A stretch of DNA of 61,225 nucleotides, from sequence record DRR378314_160; one strand, 5' to 3'. The position numbers and the translations under genes are program-made. The notes under the pieces are model-generated. The model ran no database searches. It had not been told where the DNA came from and saw only the letters and a list, made by a program, of their open reading frames with translations. Shown one piece after another: positions 31,180 through 42,193 of this stretch (the first letter of the stretch is position 1; each line of letters opens with the position of its first letter).

Positions 31180-32125
31180 CGCCGGTCAGGTCGTCCAGGC
31201 CCAGCTTCAGCATCAACAGACGATCAAGCCCCAGCGCCACGCCAGAGCAGTCGGGCACCCCCGCCTCCAGCGCCGCCAGAAATGCGTGGTCGACGGGCAT
31301 GTCGGGCTTGCCCGCGTCATAACGCGCCTGGTTGTCCGCCTCAAACCGGCGCCGCTGCTCATGCGGGTCGGTCAATTCCCAATACCCATTGCAGAGTTCC
31401 ACGCCCTCGACGTAGAGCTCAAAGCGGTGTGCCTGGCGCAGCCCATCCCGCTCCGACACCCTTGCCAGCGCAGCCTGGGATTCAGGGTAGCCTGTGACGA
31501 ACACCGGCCCGACTCCCGCCAGCGCCGGTTCCACCTGGCAGCTCATCAGCAGATCCAGGTAATCGTCCCGGGCAAGCTCCTTTAATTGAGACGGCTCCAT
31601 CCACTGCCCACACAGCCCTGACAGTTCATCATCATCCGCCAGAAACGGATCAATACCCGCATACCGGATGAATGCATCGCGATAGCTCACTGTGCATGGC
31701 CGTTCACAACCCAGCCATCCAACCACCAGTTCGGACACCTCCGCCATCAGATCGGTATCCGTATAACCGGGGCGGTACCATTCCAGCAGTGAAAACTCCG
31801 GGTTATGCCGACGTCCGAACTCTCCGTCACGAAACACGCGTGCAATCTGATAGATTGGACCGGCGCCGTCCGCTAACATTCGCTTCATATGGTATTCGGG
31901 AGACGTCTGCAGCCAGCCGCCCCCGACATGACCAGCAACAGGGGAAGGATTGGCAGAGACGCTGTCGATATTGATATCGGTCACGCCGTACCGGCCGAGT
32001 ACAGGCGTCTCAACCTCCATGACACCCCGTTGCGCAAAAAAACCACGCACCCAGGCTAGCTGTTGTGCGCGGCTTTTAAGGGCGGCCTTTGATGCCGAGG
32101 GCCGCCACTGTATGGAATCCGTCAC
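31151..32125 (-). CDS. epmA: EF-P lysine aminoacylase (GenX/PoxA)
   Basis: LQTSPEYHMKR, RHNPEF, RFELY, GVALGLDRL; adjacent to efp. Confidence 0.95.
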   Translation of the reverse strand: MTDSIQWRPSASKAALKSRAQQLAWVRGFFAQRGVMEVETPVLGRYGVTDINIDSVSANPSPVAGHVGGGWLQTSPEYHMKRMLADGAGPIYQIARVFRDGEFGRRHNPEFSLLEWYRPGYTDTDLMAEVSELVVGWLGCERPCTVSYRDAFIRYAGIDPFLADDDELSGLCGQWMEPSQLKELARDDYLDLLMSCQVEPALAGVGPVFVTGYPESQAALARVSERDGLRQAHRFELYVEGVELCNGYWELTDPHEQRRRFEADNQARYDAGKPDMPVDHAFLAALEAGVPDCSGVALGLDRLLMLKLGLDDLTGVMAFPADRC

Positions 32126-32136
32126 TGCGAAACCAA

Positions 32137-32712
32137 TCAGCTGCTTTTGACCCGGTTGACGTATTCACCCGAACGGGTGTCCACCTTGAGCACTTCGCCA
32201 ATGGTTATGAACAGCGGCACGTTTACAACGGCACCGGTGGACAGGGTCGCGGGCTTGGAGCCACCCTGGGCTGTATCGCCTTTCATACCGGGATCCGTAT
32301 CCACCACTTCCAGCTCAACGAAGTTGGGCGGGGAAACTGTCAGGGGCGCGCCGTTGTAGAGAGTCACGGTGTAGACGTCTTGCTCTTTCAACCACTTCAG
32401 GGCATCACCAACGGCTTTGGCATCGGCCGGAAACTGCTCGAAGGAGCCATCGGTTTTCATGAAGTGCCAGAACTCGCCATCGGTATACAGGTATTCCATT
32501 TCCTGATCGATTACGTCGGCGGCTTCCAGGCTCTCACCGGATTTGAAAGTACGTTCCCACTGGCGGTTGGTCATCAGGTTACGCAATTTAACCCGATTGA
32601 ATGCCTGCCCCTTACCGGGCTTTACGAATTCGTTCTCGAGAATGATGCAGGGATCGCCGTCCAGCAAAACCTTAAGACCGCCACGGAATTCGTTGGTAGA
32701 ATATGAAGCCAT
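32137..32712 (-). CDS. efp: Elongation factor P (lysine-type, PGKG loop)
   Basis: MASYSTNEF...KPGKGQAF...[17 protein letters not shown]...DTRSGEY; ATG at 32712. Confidence 0.98.
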   Translation of the reverse strand: MASYSTNEFRGGLKVLLDGDPCIILENEFVKPGKGQAFNRVKLRNLMTNRQWERTFKSGESLEAADVIDQEMEYLYTDGEFWHFMKTDGSFEQFPADAKAVGDALKWLKEQDVYTVTLYNGAPLTVSPPNFVELEVVDTDPGMKGDTAQGGSKPATLSTGAVVNVPLFITIGEVLKVDTRSGEYVNRVKSS

Positions 32713-32757
32713 GAAATTATCACCTGAAACGATGCTTTTGGAAATTCGAAGGTGGCT

Positions 32758-33798
32758 ATGATACAGCGAACCGCCACCCGTATAGAAGCCCGCTCCGTCG
32801 AACACACTGGCAGCAGTTGGCAGCAGCTGCTCTCAGAGTCCGTCACCACGCCGGATGCCCTCCTGCGACGGCTTGACCTCGACCCCGCAACCTGGTTTCA
32901 GGGAGCGGACGAGGGTCACCGGCTGTTCCCCATACGGGTCCCCGAACCTTACTTGAATCGAATCACAAGGGGCGACCCCTACGATCCGCTGCTGCGACAG
33001 GTACTGCCTTTATTGTCCGAAACGGACACCCACCCCGGTTTCGTCTCGGACCCCCTGCAGGAAAGTGCCTCCATGCCAGCGACCGGGCTGATTCGCAAGT
33101 ACGAGAGCCGTGCCCTGCTGATGGTGACGGGGCAGTGCGCCATTAATTGTCGATACTGCTTCCGGCGGCACTTTCCCTACGGCGACCATCGGCTGTCGCC
33201 GGAAGATCGGGCGCAGGCCCTCAAAGCCCTCTCTGGTGACGCTCGCATAAACGAAGTGATTTTCAGTGGAGGCGACCCACTGGTGGCGAACGACCGGCTC
33301 CTGTCCGCCTGGGAAGAGGCCCTCGCTTCCATCCCACACATCCGCAGGCTAAGAGTCCATACCCGACTGCCGGTTGTCATTCCCCAGAGGGTGTCCGATT
33401 CGCTGATTGATTGGCTCTCCGCCTCCCGATTGCAGACTGTCGTCGTTATCCATGTCAATCATCCAGCGGAACTGGATGCTGACACGCAACAGGCCCTCGG
33501 GCGCCTGAAAGCGGCAGGCGTCACACTGCTGAACCAGAGCGTGATACTGAAGGGCGTGAACGACAATGCCGGCGTACTGGCGGAACTCAGCGAACGGCTG
33601 TTCGATTGTGGCGTACTGCCTTACTACCTCCACGCCTTCGATCCGGTGGCGGGCGCCCATCACTTCGAGGTCAGTGACGACAGGGCCAGGGAACTGGTGC
33701 GGCAACTGATCACCACCCTGCCAGGCTTCCTGGTTCCCCGGCTCGTCAGAGAGGTTCCAGGCCAGCCCGGAAAAACACCGTTAGACCTGTTTGCGTGA
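32758..33798 (+). CDS. epmB: EF-P beta-lysylation lysine 2,3-aminomutase
   Basis: [35 protein letters not shown]; divergent from efp. Confidence 0.95.
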   Translation: MIQRTATRIEARSVEHTGSSWQQLLSESVTTPDALLRRLDLDPATWFQGADEGHRLFPIRVPEPYLNRITRGDPYDPLLRQVLPLLSETDTHPGFVSDPLQESASMPATGLIRKYESRALLMVTGQCAINCRYCFRRHFPYGDHRLSPEDRAQALKALSGDARINEVIFSGGDPLVANDRLLSAWEEALASIPHIRRLRVHTRLPVVIPQRVSDSLIDWLSASRLQTVVVIHVNHPAELDADTQQALGRLKAAGVTLLNQSVILKGVNDNAGVLAELSERLFDCGVLPYYLHAFDPVAGAHHFEVSDDRARELVRQLITTLPGFLVPRLVREVPGQPGKTPLDLFA

Positions 33799-34024
33799 TA
33801 CATTTGGCAAAGTTGGCCCAAATATACTTGTTAAACATTGTCAACTCATGCTTTTCTCGCTTTCTGTTCTGCGTTTGCTATTTTACAGTGCAGAAAGCGA
33901 CAACAATAAAAACTGTATTCGCGGCGTTATCCGATTAAAACACGCAGGCGTCAACAACGGGCGTCTGTAGTTCGTGGTGCAACCCGGAGTACTTACCCGT
34001 GGTCCAGACAATTGGCGTGATGAC

Positions 34025-35827
34025 ATGGAAGGCATGATCCTGAAGCCCGATCTCCGTGTTCCTGAACAGAAGACGGCAAGCCTCTCGTTTTGCCAGACTT
34101 CCCCAAAAGCGTTCAGGGACTGGATAAAGCAGCTGCCGATGGCAAATATTGGTGAGGCCTCGCGGCAGCTCTATCACGCCATTATTGAGCTCAATCAGCT
34201 GTTCATTGCGCCTCAGCAGCGACTGCAACTGCTGGAGCTGATCCGCCCGAAGATACACTTTGTCTGTGCCGAGCTCTCCCGACACTACCTTGGACTCGCC
34301 GTTGCGCTGCCGGAAAAACAGCGCAAGATTGCCAACCTGTCCCAGGCCCTCCAGCTTCACGCCGCCAGCGGCTACAAACTGTGCGTGTTGGAATTCCTCG
34401 ACAACGGCGGCCTGGACAAAAATCGCAAAGCGGTCTCAACAGCCATTCACCGCGCCATCTCTGAACTGGCCGCCACCATCGTGCGAGCCCATCAACTGTA
34501 CTGCCCCAGCCCGGCACAAAGCTGGCTTGAGTGCCATCGACTGTTCCGATTCGCCCAGCGCAACAAGATCCACGGGCTATCGGTCGACGATGACACCCTG
34601 ACCCATCGCCGTGGAAGCACAGTGGAAGACAGTTACAAACGCATACTGCTTTTGGGGTGCGCCCGCCCCAACCAGCTAAGGCAAGCAGAACTGGCGCAGG
34701 TTTATGAGCTGTTCGAGAACTGGACCCACTTGGTGTCCTGTGGGCCGGAAACAGACAATGACAGCCTCTTCGTAGTGAATATGGAGCGGGACACCTCGCC
34801 GGTCTATCGCAGCCTTCTGGAACAACAGCCAGGTAACGACTGCTACAACTTCGACACCCGGGTGCTGTCTGAGCAGATTACGGACGCACTGCACGCCCGT
34901 CACAAACGGGATGAGGGCGCCAGCGAGCTCGAGCTGCCCTCGCGCATTGGCGATACGTTACTGACCCATCTAAGCCAGGCTCTCGGCATTCTTGCCAAGC
35001 GCAACTTCAACCGCATCGCCAGCCAGGGCACACTCGAGATCTGCGTGGGCCTGACGGCGACCCATTATTACGTGGCCGGCGCCAAGACATTTAACGAGTT
35101 CGTCAGCGGAAACGACAACCAGAACGGCGACGACAACCTGTTCCTGCGCTCGTCCCGCCATAAACAGGACGCCTGGTCGGGGGCCCACGACGCCGGTCCC
35201 AATGACGAACCATTACAGTCGGCAGACACGCCCATCAACTTCCGCAACAGTATCGGTGCCACACCGGACAGTGAAGGTGATCGTAGAAAGCCGAAGTCTC
35301 ACCATGCGCTGCTGGTGAACACCAGCCCCGGCGGCTACTGCGTCGCCTGGGAAACCAATGTGCCTTCTTCCCTTCAGGCCGGTGAAATTCTCGGTGTCCG
35401 CGAGCAGTCAAACCACCCTTGGAGTGTCGCTGTTGTGCGCTGGATCAGGCAGGTTCGAAACCAGGGTACACAGGTTGGCATCGAGCTTCTGGCACCCAGT
35501 GCCGCGCCATGCGGCGTCAGGCTGATCCAGAAGATCGGCAACAGCAGCGAGTACCTGCGCGGGCTGCTGCTACCGGAAATCAGCGTGGTCAACCAGGCCG
35601 CAACCCTGATTACACCGCGACTTCCCTTCCAGCCAGGCAGCCGGATTTCACTGCTTCATGACGGCCGGGAAGACCAGGGCACATTGTCACGCAAGATTTC
35701 AGCCACTGGCAGCATCAGTCAGTTTGAGCTCAAGCTTCAGAACAGCGGCGTAACGCCGGCTGGTAACAACCCGCCGGAGGCGGGTACCAGCGAAGACGAG
35801 TTCGATTCGCTTTGGCCTTCACTCTAA
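34025..35827 (+). CDS. fimW: Cyclic-di-GMP receptor FimW-like protein
   Basis: LPMANIGE, PNQLRQ, PilZ-type motifs RNFNR (RxxxR) and NTSPGG; lies immediately upstream of fimX as PA4958-PA4959 do in P. aeruginosa. Confidence 0.75.
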   Translation: MEGMILKPDLRVPEQKTASLSFCQTSPKAFRDWIKQLPMANIGEASRQLYHAIIELNQLFIAPQQRLQLLELIRPKIHFVCAELSRHYLGLAVALPEKQRKIANLSQALQLHAASGYKLCVLEFLDNGGLDKNRKAVSTAIHRAISELAATIVRAHQLYCPSPAQSWLECHRLFRFAQRNKIHGLSVDDDTLTHRRGSTVEDSYKRILLLGCARPNQLRQAELAQVYELFENWTHLVSCGPETDNDSLFVVNMERDTSPVYRSLLEQQPGNDCYNFDTRVLSEQITDALHARHKRDEGASELELPSRIGDTLLTHLSQALGILAKRNFNRIASQGTLEICVGLTATHYYVAGAKTFNEFVSGNDNQNGDDNLFLRSSRHKQDAWSGAHDAGPNDEPLQSADTPINFRNSIGATPDSEGDRRKPKSHHALLVNTSPGGYCVAWETNVPSSLQAGEILGVREQSNHPWSVAVVRWIRQVRNQGTQVGIELLAPSAAPCGVRLIQKIGNSSEYLRGLLLPEISVVNQAATLITPRLPFQPGSRISLLHDGREDQGTLSRKISATGSISQFELKLQNSGVTPAGNNPPEAGTSEDEFDSLWPSL

Positions 35828-35984
35828 CCACCGCTGCTGTGACGGGGAGCATACGAACCCGCCCGAAGGGTTGTTATTAACCGGTAACCCCTGCATCATT
35901 CAGCGTTAGTGAAAGCCGGCCCCGTGCTCTGAGTTCCAAAAAGGTGTCGGCACAGCCAACGTGTATCACGAGACATCTGACGAA

Positions 35985-38072
35985 ATGCAGAAAAAGAACG
36001 CAACCGTACACCTGCTCATCCTCGACCCGTCTCAGAATGACGCCGAGACTCTGGTCAGCCTGCTCAGAAACTCGGGCAAAGCCACACGAGCCCATCGCAT
36101 CACGTCCGAGGAAGACCTCGAGGAAACCCTGAAAACGGGTAACTGGGACTTGCTGTTGGCTCGCGACGACGTTGAACAGGAATTCGGCGCTGATGGCGCC
36201 CTGGCGATGATTCGTCGCATGGACAAAGACATTCCGTTCGTTCTCCTGACCGGCGAATTCAATCGCGAGCGCACAGTTTCCGTTATGAAAGCCGGAGGAC
36301 AGGACACGGTCCCGTTCGAGAATACGGATCAGCTGGTGCTGGTTGTTAACCGGGAACTGGGCGCCCTGGAGGATCGCCGGCGGCGCAGAATCCTCGAATC
36401 CCACCTACGCGAGTCCGAACAGCGCTGCCAGCTCCTGCTGGAAAGCTCCAAGGACGCCATTGCCTATATCAACGATGGCATGCACATCTACGCGAACCAG
36501 TCCTACATGGAGTTCCTGGGCTACGATGACATCGACGACCTGATCTGTATCCCGGTGCTTGACACTCTGACGCCGGAAAGCCAGGAAAAGTACAAGGAGT
36601 TCATGAAATCCTTTGCCGATAGTGGCGAGGACGGGATGACCATGAACTGCGTTGCCCGCCGCAGTGACGATCAGGAACTCAGCGTCACCATGTCGGTCTC
36701 CGCAGCGACCTATGACGGTGAAACCTGCACCCAGATCGTTATCCAGCCAGAGCACAGCGACGCCGAGCTGGAAGAGAAGATTCGCCAGATCAGCAGCCAG
36801 GACCTGCTAACAGGCCTGTTCAACCGCCAATATCTGATGGATGCCCTTGGGCAGGCCATCGCCACCGCGGGCAAGGACAACAAGACGGGCGCACTGGCCT
36901 ATATCGCTCTGGATAACTTCATGAGCCTGAAAGGCCAGGTGGGCATAGCCGGTGCGGATCTGATGCTCGGCGACCTGGCCACACTGCTGAAGGAGCAGGC
37001 GCCGGAAAATATGGTTCTTGCCCGCCTGAGTGACGACGCCTTCTGCCTGCTTTGCCAGCCTTGTGAAGAGAAGGTCATGGCGGAGCAATGCGAGGCCATC
37101 CGCAAGAAGGTCGAGGACCATCTGTTCGATATCAATGGTCGTACGGTACAACTGACCCTGAGCATCGGTGTTGCCGCGATTACCGAGAACGCCCCCAAGG
37201 CACCGGATTTGATGGGCCGGGCTCACACTGCCTCGTCAGAACTGAAGAAAAAGCCGGGCCATGAGCAGGGTAACGGCGTGCTGGTCTACAACCCGGCGGA
37301 TTACGAGGCGATGGATGAGAGCAGCTCTGTCGACGCTATCCAGAAAGCCCTGGATGACAACCGCTTCCGGCTGCTGTTCCAACCCATCATCAATCTGCGC
37401 GGTGAAGGCGAAGAACACTACGAGGCCTTTGTCAGGATGCTGAACAAGGATGAAGAGGAAGTCTCCCCTTACGACTTCCTTCCACCCGTTGGCCCCTCGG
37501 AAATGGCCATCAAGATTGACCGCTGGGTCATCCTGCAGACCATCAAACAACTCTCCAGCCATCGCTCCCGCGGGCACGATACCCGCCTGTTCCTGAACGT
37601 GACGGCGGAGACTCTGGAAGACAAAACCTTTACCCCCTGGCTGAGTGTGGCGTTGAAGGCTGCTCGACTGCCGGGCGACTCACTGATCTTCCAGATTCGT
37701 GAAGGCGATGCCAACAACTACATGAAGCAGGCCAAGGAGTTTGCCAAGTCGGTTCACGAGTTGCACTGTAAGGTCTCAATCTGCCAGTTCGGGTGTGCCC
37801 TGAACCCGTTCAACACCCTGAAACATATCGACGTCGATTATGTGAAAATCGACGGTTCGTTTACCGAAGAGCTGCAGAAGAAGGACGACGCCAAGGAAGA
37901 GGTCAAGGAAATGGTCAAGAGCCTGCAGAGCGCAGGAAAGCTGACCATAGTGCCACTCGTGGAGAACGCCGGTGTGTTGGCGACGCTGTGGCAGGCCGGG
38001 GTGAACTACATCCAGGGCTATTATCTACAAGCGCCGGTTCCGGAAATGAACTACGACTTCGGCGACCACTGA
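35985..38072 (+). CDS. fimX: FimX-like REC-PAS-degenerate GGDEF-degenerate EAL protein
   Basis: SLLRNSGKATR, SSKDAIAYINDGMHIYAN, QDLLTGLFNR, RLSDDAF in place of GGDEF, EAF, ICQFG in place of DDFG, LWQAGVNYIQGYYL; synteny with fimW and serB. Confidence 0.85.
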   Translation: MQKKNATVHLLILDPSQNDAETLVSLLRNSGKATRAHRITSEEDLEETLKTGNWDLLLARDDVEQEFGADGALAMIRRMDKDIPFVLLTGEFNRERTVSVMKAGGQDTVPFENTDQLVLVVNRELGALEDRRRRRILESHLRESEQRCQLLLESSKDAIAYINDGMHIYANQSYMEFLGYDDIDDLICIPVLDTLTPESQEKYKEFMKSFADSGEDGMTMNCVARRSDDQELSVTMSVSAATYDGETCTQIVIQPEHSDAELEEKIRQISSQDLLTGLFNRQYLMDALGQAIATAGKDNKTGALAYIALDNFMSLKGQVGIAGADLMLGDLATLLKEQAPENMVLARLSDDAFCLLCQPCEEKVMAEQCEAIRKKVEDHLFDINGRTVQLTLSIGVAAITENAPKAPDLMGRAHTASSELKKKPGHEQGNGVLVYNPADYEAMDESSSVDAIQKALDDNRFRLLFQPIINLRGEGEEHYEAFVRMLNKDEEEVSPYDFLPPVGPSEMAIKIDRWVILQTIKQLSSHRSRGHDTRLFLNVTAETLEDKTFTPWLSVALKAARLPGDSLIFQIREGDANNYMKQAKEFAKSVHELHCKVSICQFGCALNPFNTLKHIDVDYVKIDGSFTEELQKKDDAKEEVKEMVKSLQSAGKLTIVPLVENAGVLATLWQAGVNYIQGYYLQAPVPEMNYDFGDH

Positions 38073-38074
38073 CA

Positions 38075-38108
38075 GGTCGCACGGCATGGCCGACCATGCC
38101 GTGCGACC
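38075..38108. terminator. Perfect 15-bp hairpin between convergent fimX and serB
   Basis: GGTCGCACGGCATGG-CCGA-CCATGCCGTGCGACC; no strong adjacent U-tract. Confidence 0.55.
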
Positions 38109-38112
38109 CTAC

Positions 38113-39336
38113 CTACTTTTCCCGGGCCTGTAGGCTGTCGCTTTCCCTGAATCCTATCAGATAGAGGATCGCGTCCAGCCCAAGGGTGGAAATGGAATGG
38201 CGGGCGGACTCCTTGACCAGGGGCTTGGCCCGGAAAGCCACTCCCAGCCCGGCCTGACTGAGCATCGGAAGGTCATTGGCACCGTCACCTACCGCAATGA
38301 CCTGCTCCCTTGAAATGTGTTCGCGCTCCGCGATCTCCTGAAGCAATTCCGCCTTGCGTTTGCCGTCAACAACCTGGCCCGACACGCGGCCCGTTACCTT
38401 GCCATTCTCGATCTCAAGTTCGTTGGCGTACACATAGTCAATCCCCAGCTTTTGCTGGAGGTGACGGGCAAAATAGGTAAAGCCACCAGAGAGTATCGCC
38501 GTGCGGTAACCCAGGGATTTCAGGCTGAGAATCAGGTGCTCGGCACCTTCGGTCAGGTTCAGGCGAGCGGCAATGCCCTCCAGCACCGACTCATCCAGCC
38601 CCTTGAGCAGCGCCAGGCGCTCCGCAAAACTCTGACTGAAGTCCAGTTCGCCCTGCATCGCTCGTTCGGTAATCTCTGCCACCTGCGCTCCAACACCTGC
38701 TTCCAGCGCCAGTTCGTCGATAACTTCGGCGTCGATCAGCGTGGAATCCATATCAAACACCACCAACCGTCGATTACGGCGGAAAATGGAGTCTTCCTGG
38801 AAAGCAATATCCACGTTCATTTCCCCGGCGATGTGCAGGAAATCGGAACGCAGCTGCTCAAGATCAGACGGTGTGCCGCGGACGGAGAATTCGACACAGG
38901 CAATGCGATTCTCTGAGGTATTCAGCGACGGGCGGGCTGAAAGCCGGCTGATGTTGTCGATGTTCAAGCCATGACGGGCGGTAATGGCCGATACCCGCGC
39001 AATCTGCTCGGCCTTGATATCCCGAGACAACAGCGTGACGATATAACAGGCGCGATTGCGCCCCTCGGCCCAGCGCTGATAATCCTCGATCGTGATCGGC
39101 GCAAAACGCACTTGCAGATCCAGCGCATGCAGCCGGAACAGCAGGTCACGGATCACCGGCGAGGATTTGGACTCATCGGGAATCTCAATCAGGATGCCCC
39201 AGGTCAGATGATCGTGGATCACCGCCTGGCCGATATCGAGAATACGCACATCGTACTGCCCCATGATGCCGGTTATCTCCGACGTCAGGCCGGGCTTGTC
39301 GCGCCCTGAAACGTTGATCAGAACCAGCTCACTCAC
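38113..39336 (-). CDS. serB: Phosphoserine phosphatase with ACT domains
   Basis: GRDKPG ACT domain, [11 protein letters not shown] motif, [13 protein letters not shown]. Confidence 0.96.
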   Translation of the reverse strand: MSELVLINVSGRDKPGLTSEITGIMGQYDVRILDIGQAVIHDHLTWGILIEIPDESKSSPVIRDLLFRLHALDLQVRFAPITIEDYQRWAEGRNRACYIVTLLSRDIKAEQIARVSAITARHGLNIDNISRLSARPSLNTSENRIACVEFSVRGTPSDLEQLRSDFLHIAGEMNVDIAFQEDSIFRRNRRLVVFDMDSTLIDAEVIDELALEAGVGAQVAEITERAMQGELDFSQSFAERLALLKGLDESVLEGIAARLNLTEGAEHLILSLKSLGYRTAILSGGFTYFARHLQQKLGIDYVYANELEIENGKVTGRVSGQVVDGKRKAELLQEIAEREHISREQVIAVGDGANDLPMLSQAGLGVAFRAKPLVKESARHSISTLGLDAILYLIGFRESDSLQAREK

Positions 39337-41644
39337 CGTCAGGCTGCTCCTCTGGGTTGGCAGCTTCAGCGGCGCCTGCAGCGTTACTGGCTGACTGAAT
39401 CACATCAATGCCATCGACTCTCTGAAGCCCCCGGGGCAATTTGTGGCCACGGCGGCCACGTTCACCCAGGTAGTGTTCCAGATCACTGAACTGAAGCCCC
39501 ATCTTGCGCTTGCCAGCACGGATTTCCAGCTGGTCGTCCTCTGCGAAAACAGCCGCCGCAACCACATACTCCTCACGGTTCTGCACCCGCGCCGAGGGAA
39601 TGCTGATAATCTTGTTGCCCTTGCCTTTCGCCAGTTCCGGCAACTCGCTCAGCGGAAACACCAGCATCCGCCCTTCGTTGGAAATGGCGCCCAGATAAAG
39701 CGGTTGTTCAGAATCGGGCACCACCACCGGCGGCATGATCTTCGCCCCTTTCGGTACCGACACCACGGCCTTGCCATTACGGTTCTTGCTGATCATGTCA
39801 TTGAGAGACGTCACAAACCCGTATCCGCCGTCGGTGACCAACAACACCTTCCGCGCCGGGTCGCCCATCAGCAGTCCTGAAAACGTTGCCCCTGACGGAG
39901 GATTGATGCGGCCGCTCAGGGGCTCGCCCTGCCCCCTGGCAGAGGGAAACGTATGGGCAACCAGGGAGTAGGCGCGCCCGGTAGAATCCAGGAAGACCGC
40001 CTGCTGGTTGTTGCGCCCCTTGGCCGCCATGGCAAAACTGTCGCCGGCCTTGTAGCTAAGCCCTTCCGGCTCAATGTCATGCCCCTTGGCCGCCCGAACC
40101 CAGCCCTTCTCCGAGAGCACAACCGTGACCGGGTCGTTGGACACCAATTCGGTTTCGCTGAACGCCTTGGCTTCCCGGCGCTCGACAATGGGTGAACGAC
40201 GATCGTCCCCGTAGGTTTCCGCATCGGCCAACAACTCATCCTTGATCAGCTCTCGCAAGCGATCCTCAGAGCCGAGAATCGCCTGCAGCTCATCCCGTTC
40301 GGCAGACAGCTCGTCCTGCTCGCCACGGATCTTCATTTCTTCAAGCTTGGCCAGATGGCGCAGCTTCAATTCAAGAATGGCTTCGGCCTGGTCTTCGGAC
40401 AGCCCGAAGCGGGACATCAATTCCGCCTTGGGTTTGTCTTCGTAGCGAATAATCGCGATGACTTCATCGATATTCAGATAGGCCACCAACAGGCCTTCGA
40501 GAATATGCAGGCGGGCCAGAACCTTGTCCAGCCGGTGCTGCAGGCGCCGGGTGACGGTGGTACGACGGAAGCTGAGCCATTCCGTCAGCATTTCGCGCAA
40601 CCCCTTCACGCCCGGGCGACCGTCATTGCCAATGACGTTAATGTTAACCCGGTAGGTTTTCTCAAGGTCGGTACTGGCAAACAGGTGGGCCATCAGCCCT
40701 TCCTGATCCACACGGTTGGACCGCGGAACTATCACCAGCCGGGTCGGATTCTCGTGGTCGGATTCATCGCGCAGGTCAGCGACCATGGGCAGCTTTTTGG
40801 TCTGCATCTGTTGAGCAATCTGCTCCAGCACCCGGTTGCCCGATACCTGATGAGGCAGGTCGGTGACCACGATTTCCCCGCTCTCATTGATCCAGCGAGC
40901 CCGCATCCTCAGCGACCCCCGGCCCGTCTCGTACATCTGGCGGATATCCTTGCGAGGCGTAATAACCTCGGCGTAGGTGGGGAAATCCGGCCCCTGGACA
41001 TGCTCGCACAGGTCATCGGTGGTGGCCTCCGGCTGGTCCAGCAGACGCACACAGGCAGCAGCGACTTCCCGGACATTGTGCGGTGGGATGTCCGTCGCCA
41101 TGCCGACGGCGATACCCGTTGTGCCGTTCAGGAGCACATGGGGCAACCTGGCGGGCAACACGGACGGCTCATCCATGGTGCCATCGAAGTTTGGCACCCA
41201 GTCCACGGTGCCCTGTCCGAGCTCGCTGAGAAGCACATCCGCGAACTTGGCAAGACGTGACTCCGTGTAACGCATGGCAGCAAAGGATTTGGGGTCGTCA
41301 GGCGCGCCCCAGTTGCCCTGCCCATCCACCAGCGGATAACGATAGGAGAATGGCTGGGCCATCAACACCATGGCTTCGTAACAGGCGCTGTCGCCGTGAG
41401 GGTGGAACTTACCCAGAACATCACCCACCGTGCGGGCGGATTTCTTGTACTTTGAGGTGGACTTAAGGCCGAGCTCGGACATCGCGTAGATAATACGCCG
41501 CTGCACCGGCTTCAATCCGTCGCCGACGTTAGGCAGTGCCCGGTCGAGAATGACGTACATCGAGTAGTCAAGGTAGGCCTTTTCGGTGTAGTCCCTCAGT
41601 GAAACCCGCTCAAAGCCTTCATCCGTGGTCTGAAACTCTGGCAT
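39329..41644 (-). CDS. parC: DNA topoisomerase IV subunit A
   Basis: [49 protein letters not shown]. Confidence 0.98.
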   Translation of the reverse strand: MPEFQTTDEGFERVSLRDYTEKAYLDYSMYVILDRALPNVGDGLKPVQRRIIYAMSELGLKSTSKYKKSARTVGDVLGKFHPHGDSACYEAMVLMAQPFSYRYPLVDGQGNWGAPDDPKSFAAMRYTESRLAKFADVLLSELGQGTVDWVPNFDGTMDEPSVLPARLPHVLLNGTTGIAVGMATDIPPHNVREVAAACVRLLDQPEATTDDLCEHVQGPDFPTYAEVITPRKDIRQMYETGRGSLRMRARWINESGEIVVTDLPHQVSGNRVLEQIAQQMQTKKLPMVADLRDESDHENPTRLVIVPRSNRVDQEGLMAHLFASTDLEKTYRVNINVIGNDGRPGVKGLREMLTEWLSFRRTTVTRRLQHRLDKVLARLHILEGLLVAYLNIDEVIAIIRYEDKPKAELMSRFGLSEDQAEAILELKLRHLAKLEEMKIRGEQDELSAERDELQAILGSEDRLRELIKDELLADAETYGDDRRSPIVERREAKAFSETELVSNDPVTVVLSEKGWVRAAKGHDIEPEGLSYKAGDSFAMAAKGRNNQQAVFLDSTGRAYSLVAHTFPSARGQGEPLSGRINPPSGATFSGLLMGDPARKVLLVTDGGYGFVTSLNDMISKNRNGKAVVSVPKGAKIMPPVVVPDSEQPLYLGAISNEGRMLVFPLSELPELAKGKGNKIISIPSARVQNREEYVVAAAVFAEDDQLEIRAGKRKMGLQFSDLEHYLGERGRRGHKLPRGLQRVDGIDVIQSASNAAGAAEAANPEEQPDGE

Positions 41645-41854
41645 GGATGCCCCTTTATTGCCTGATGTGAATTCCGCTGGATTCCCCCGGCCTGCAGCCG
41701 GGCCTGCACATTATATGGAGGCGGGAACGGATACACCAACACCCCGTCAAATTTCCAATAGCGGAATTCCCGCATGGAGAGAGTGTAACCCTCACCGTAT
41801 GCTCGCCATCAGCATAACGATGATCCGTTTCACGACATCCACGAGTGGAGAACT

Positions 41855-42094
41855 ATGAGACCCAACCTGAAAGCCTGCGGGCAGGCCCTGATGACGGCCA
41901 TGGTGAATGCTGTTCTTGCTCTTACCCTCATGCTGTTGGTGGAGTTTGCCATTAGCGGCACGTTCCAACTCGCGGAACCCTATCTCTGGGCGGGGTTATT
42001 AATCGGACTGGTTATTTTTTTCGCGCAGTTCTGGCGCCAGCGCCACCTGTGTCGTCAAGGGCAAGCGGGGCAGGAGTCCACTGACACGGTCTAG
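41855..42094 (+). CDS. Small hypothetical membrane protein (2 TM, 79 aa)
   Basis: RBS GGAG before the ATG; two hydrophobic helices. Confidence 0.6.
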   Translation: MRPNLKACGQALMTAMVNAVLALTLMLLVEFAISGTFQLAEPYLWAGLLIGLVIFFAQFWRQRHLCRQGQAGQESTDTV

Positions 42095-42193
42095 GAGCGC
42101 GTAGCGCACCCCTCTTACAGAACCCCCGAACATGACAAACCCCTTTCCACTGCTATTCTGACTAAACGCTACTCCAGAAAGCAGGAAGGAAAG

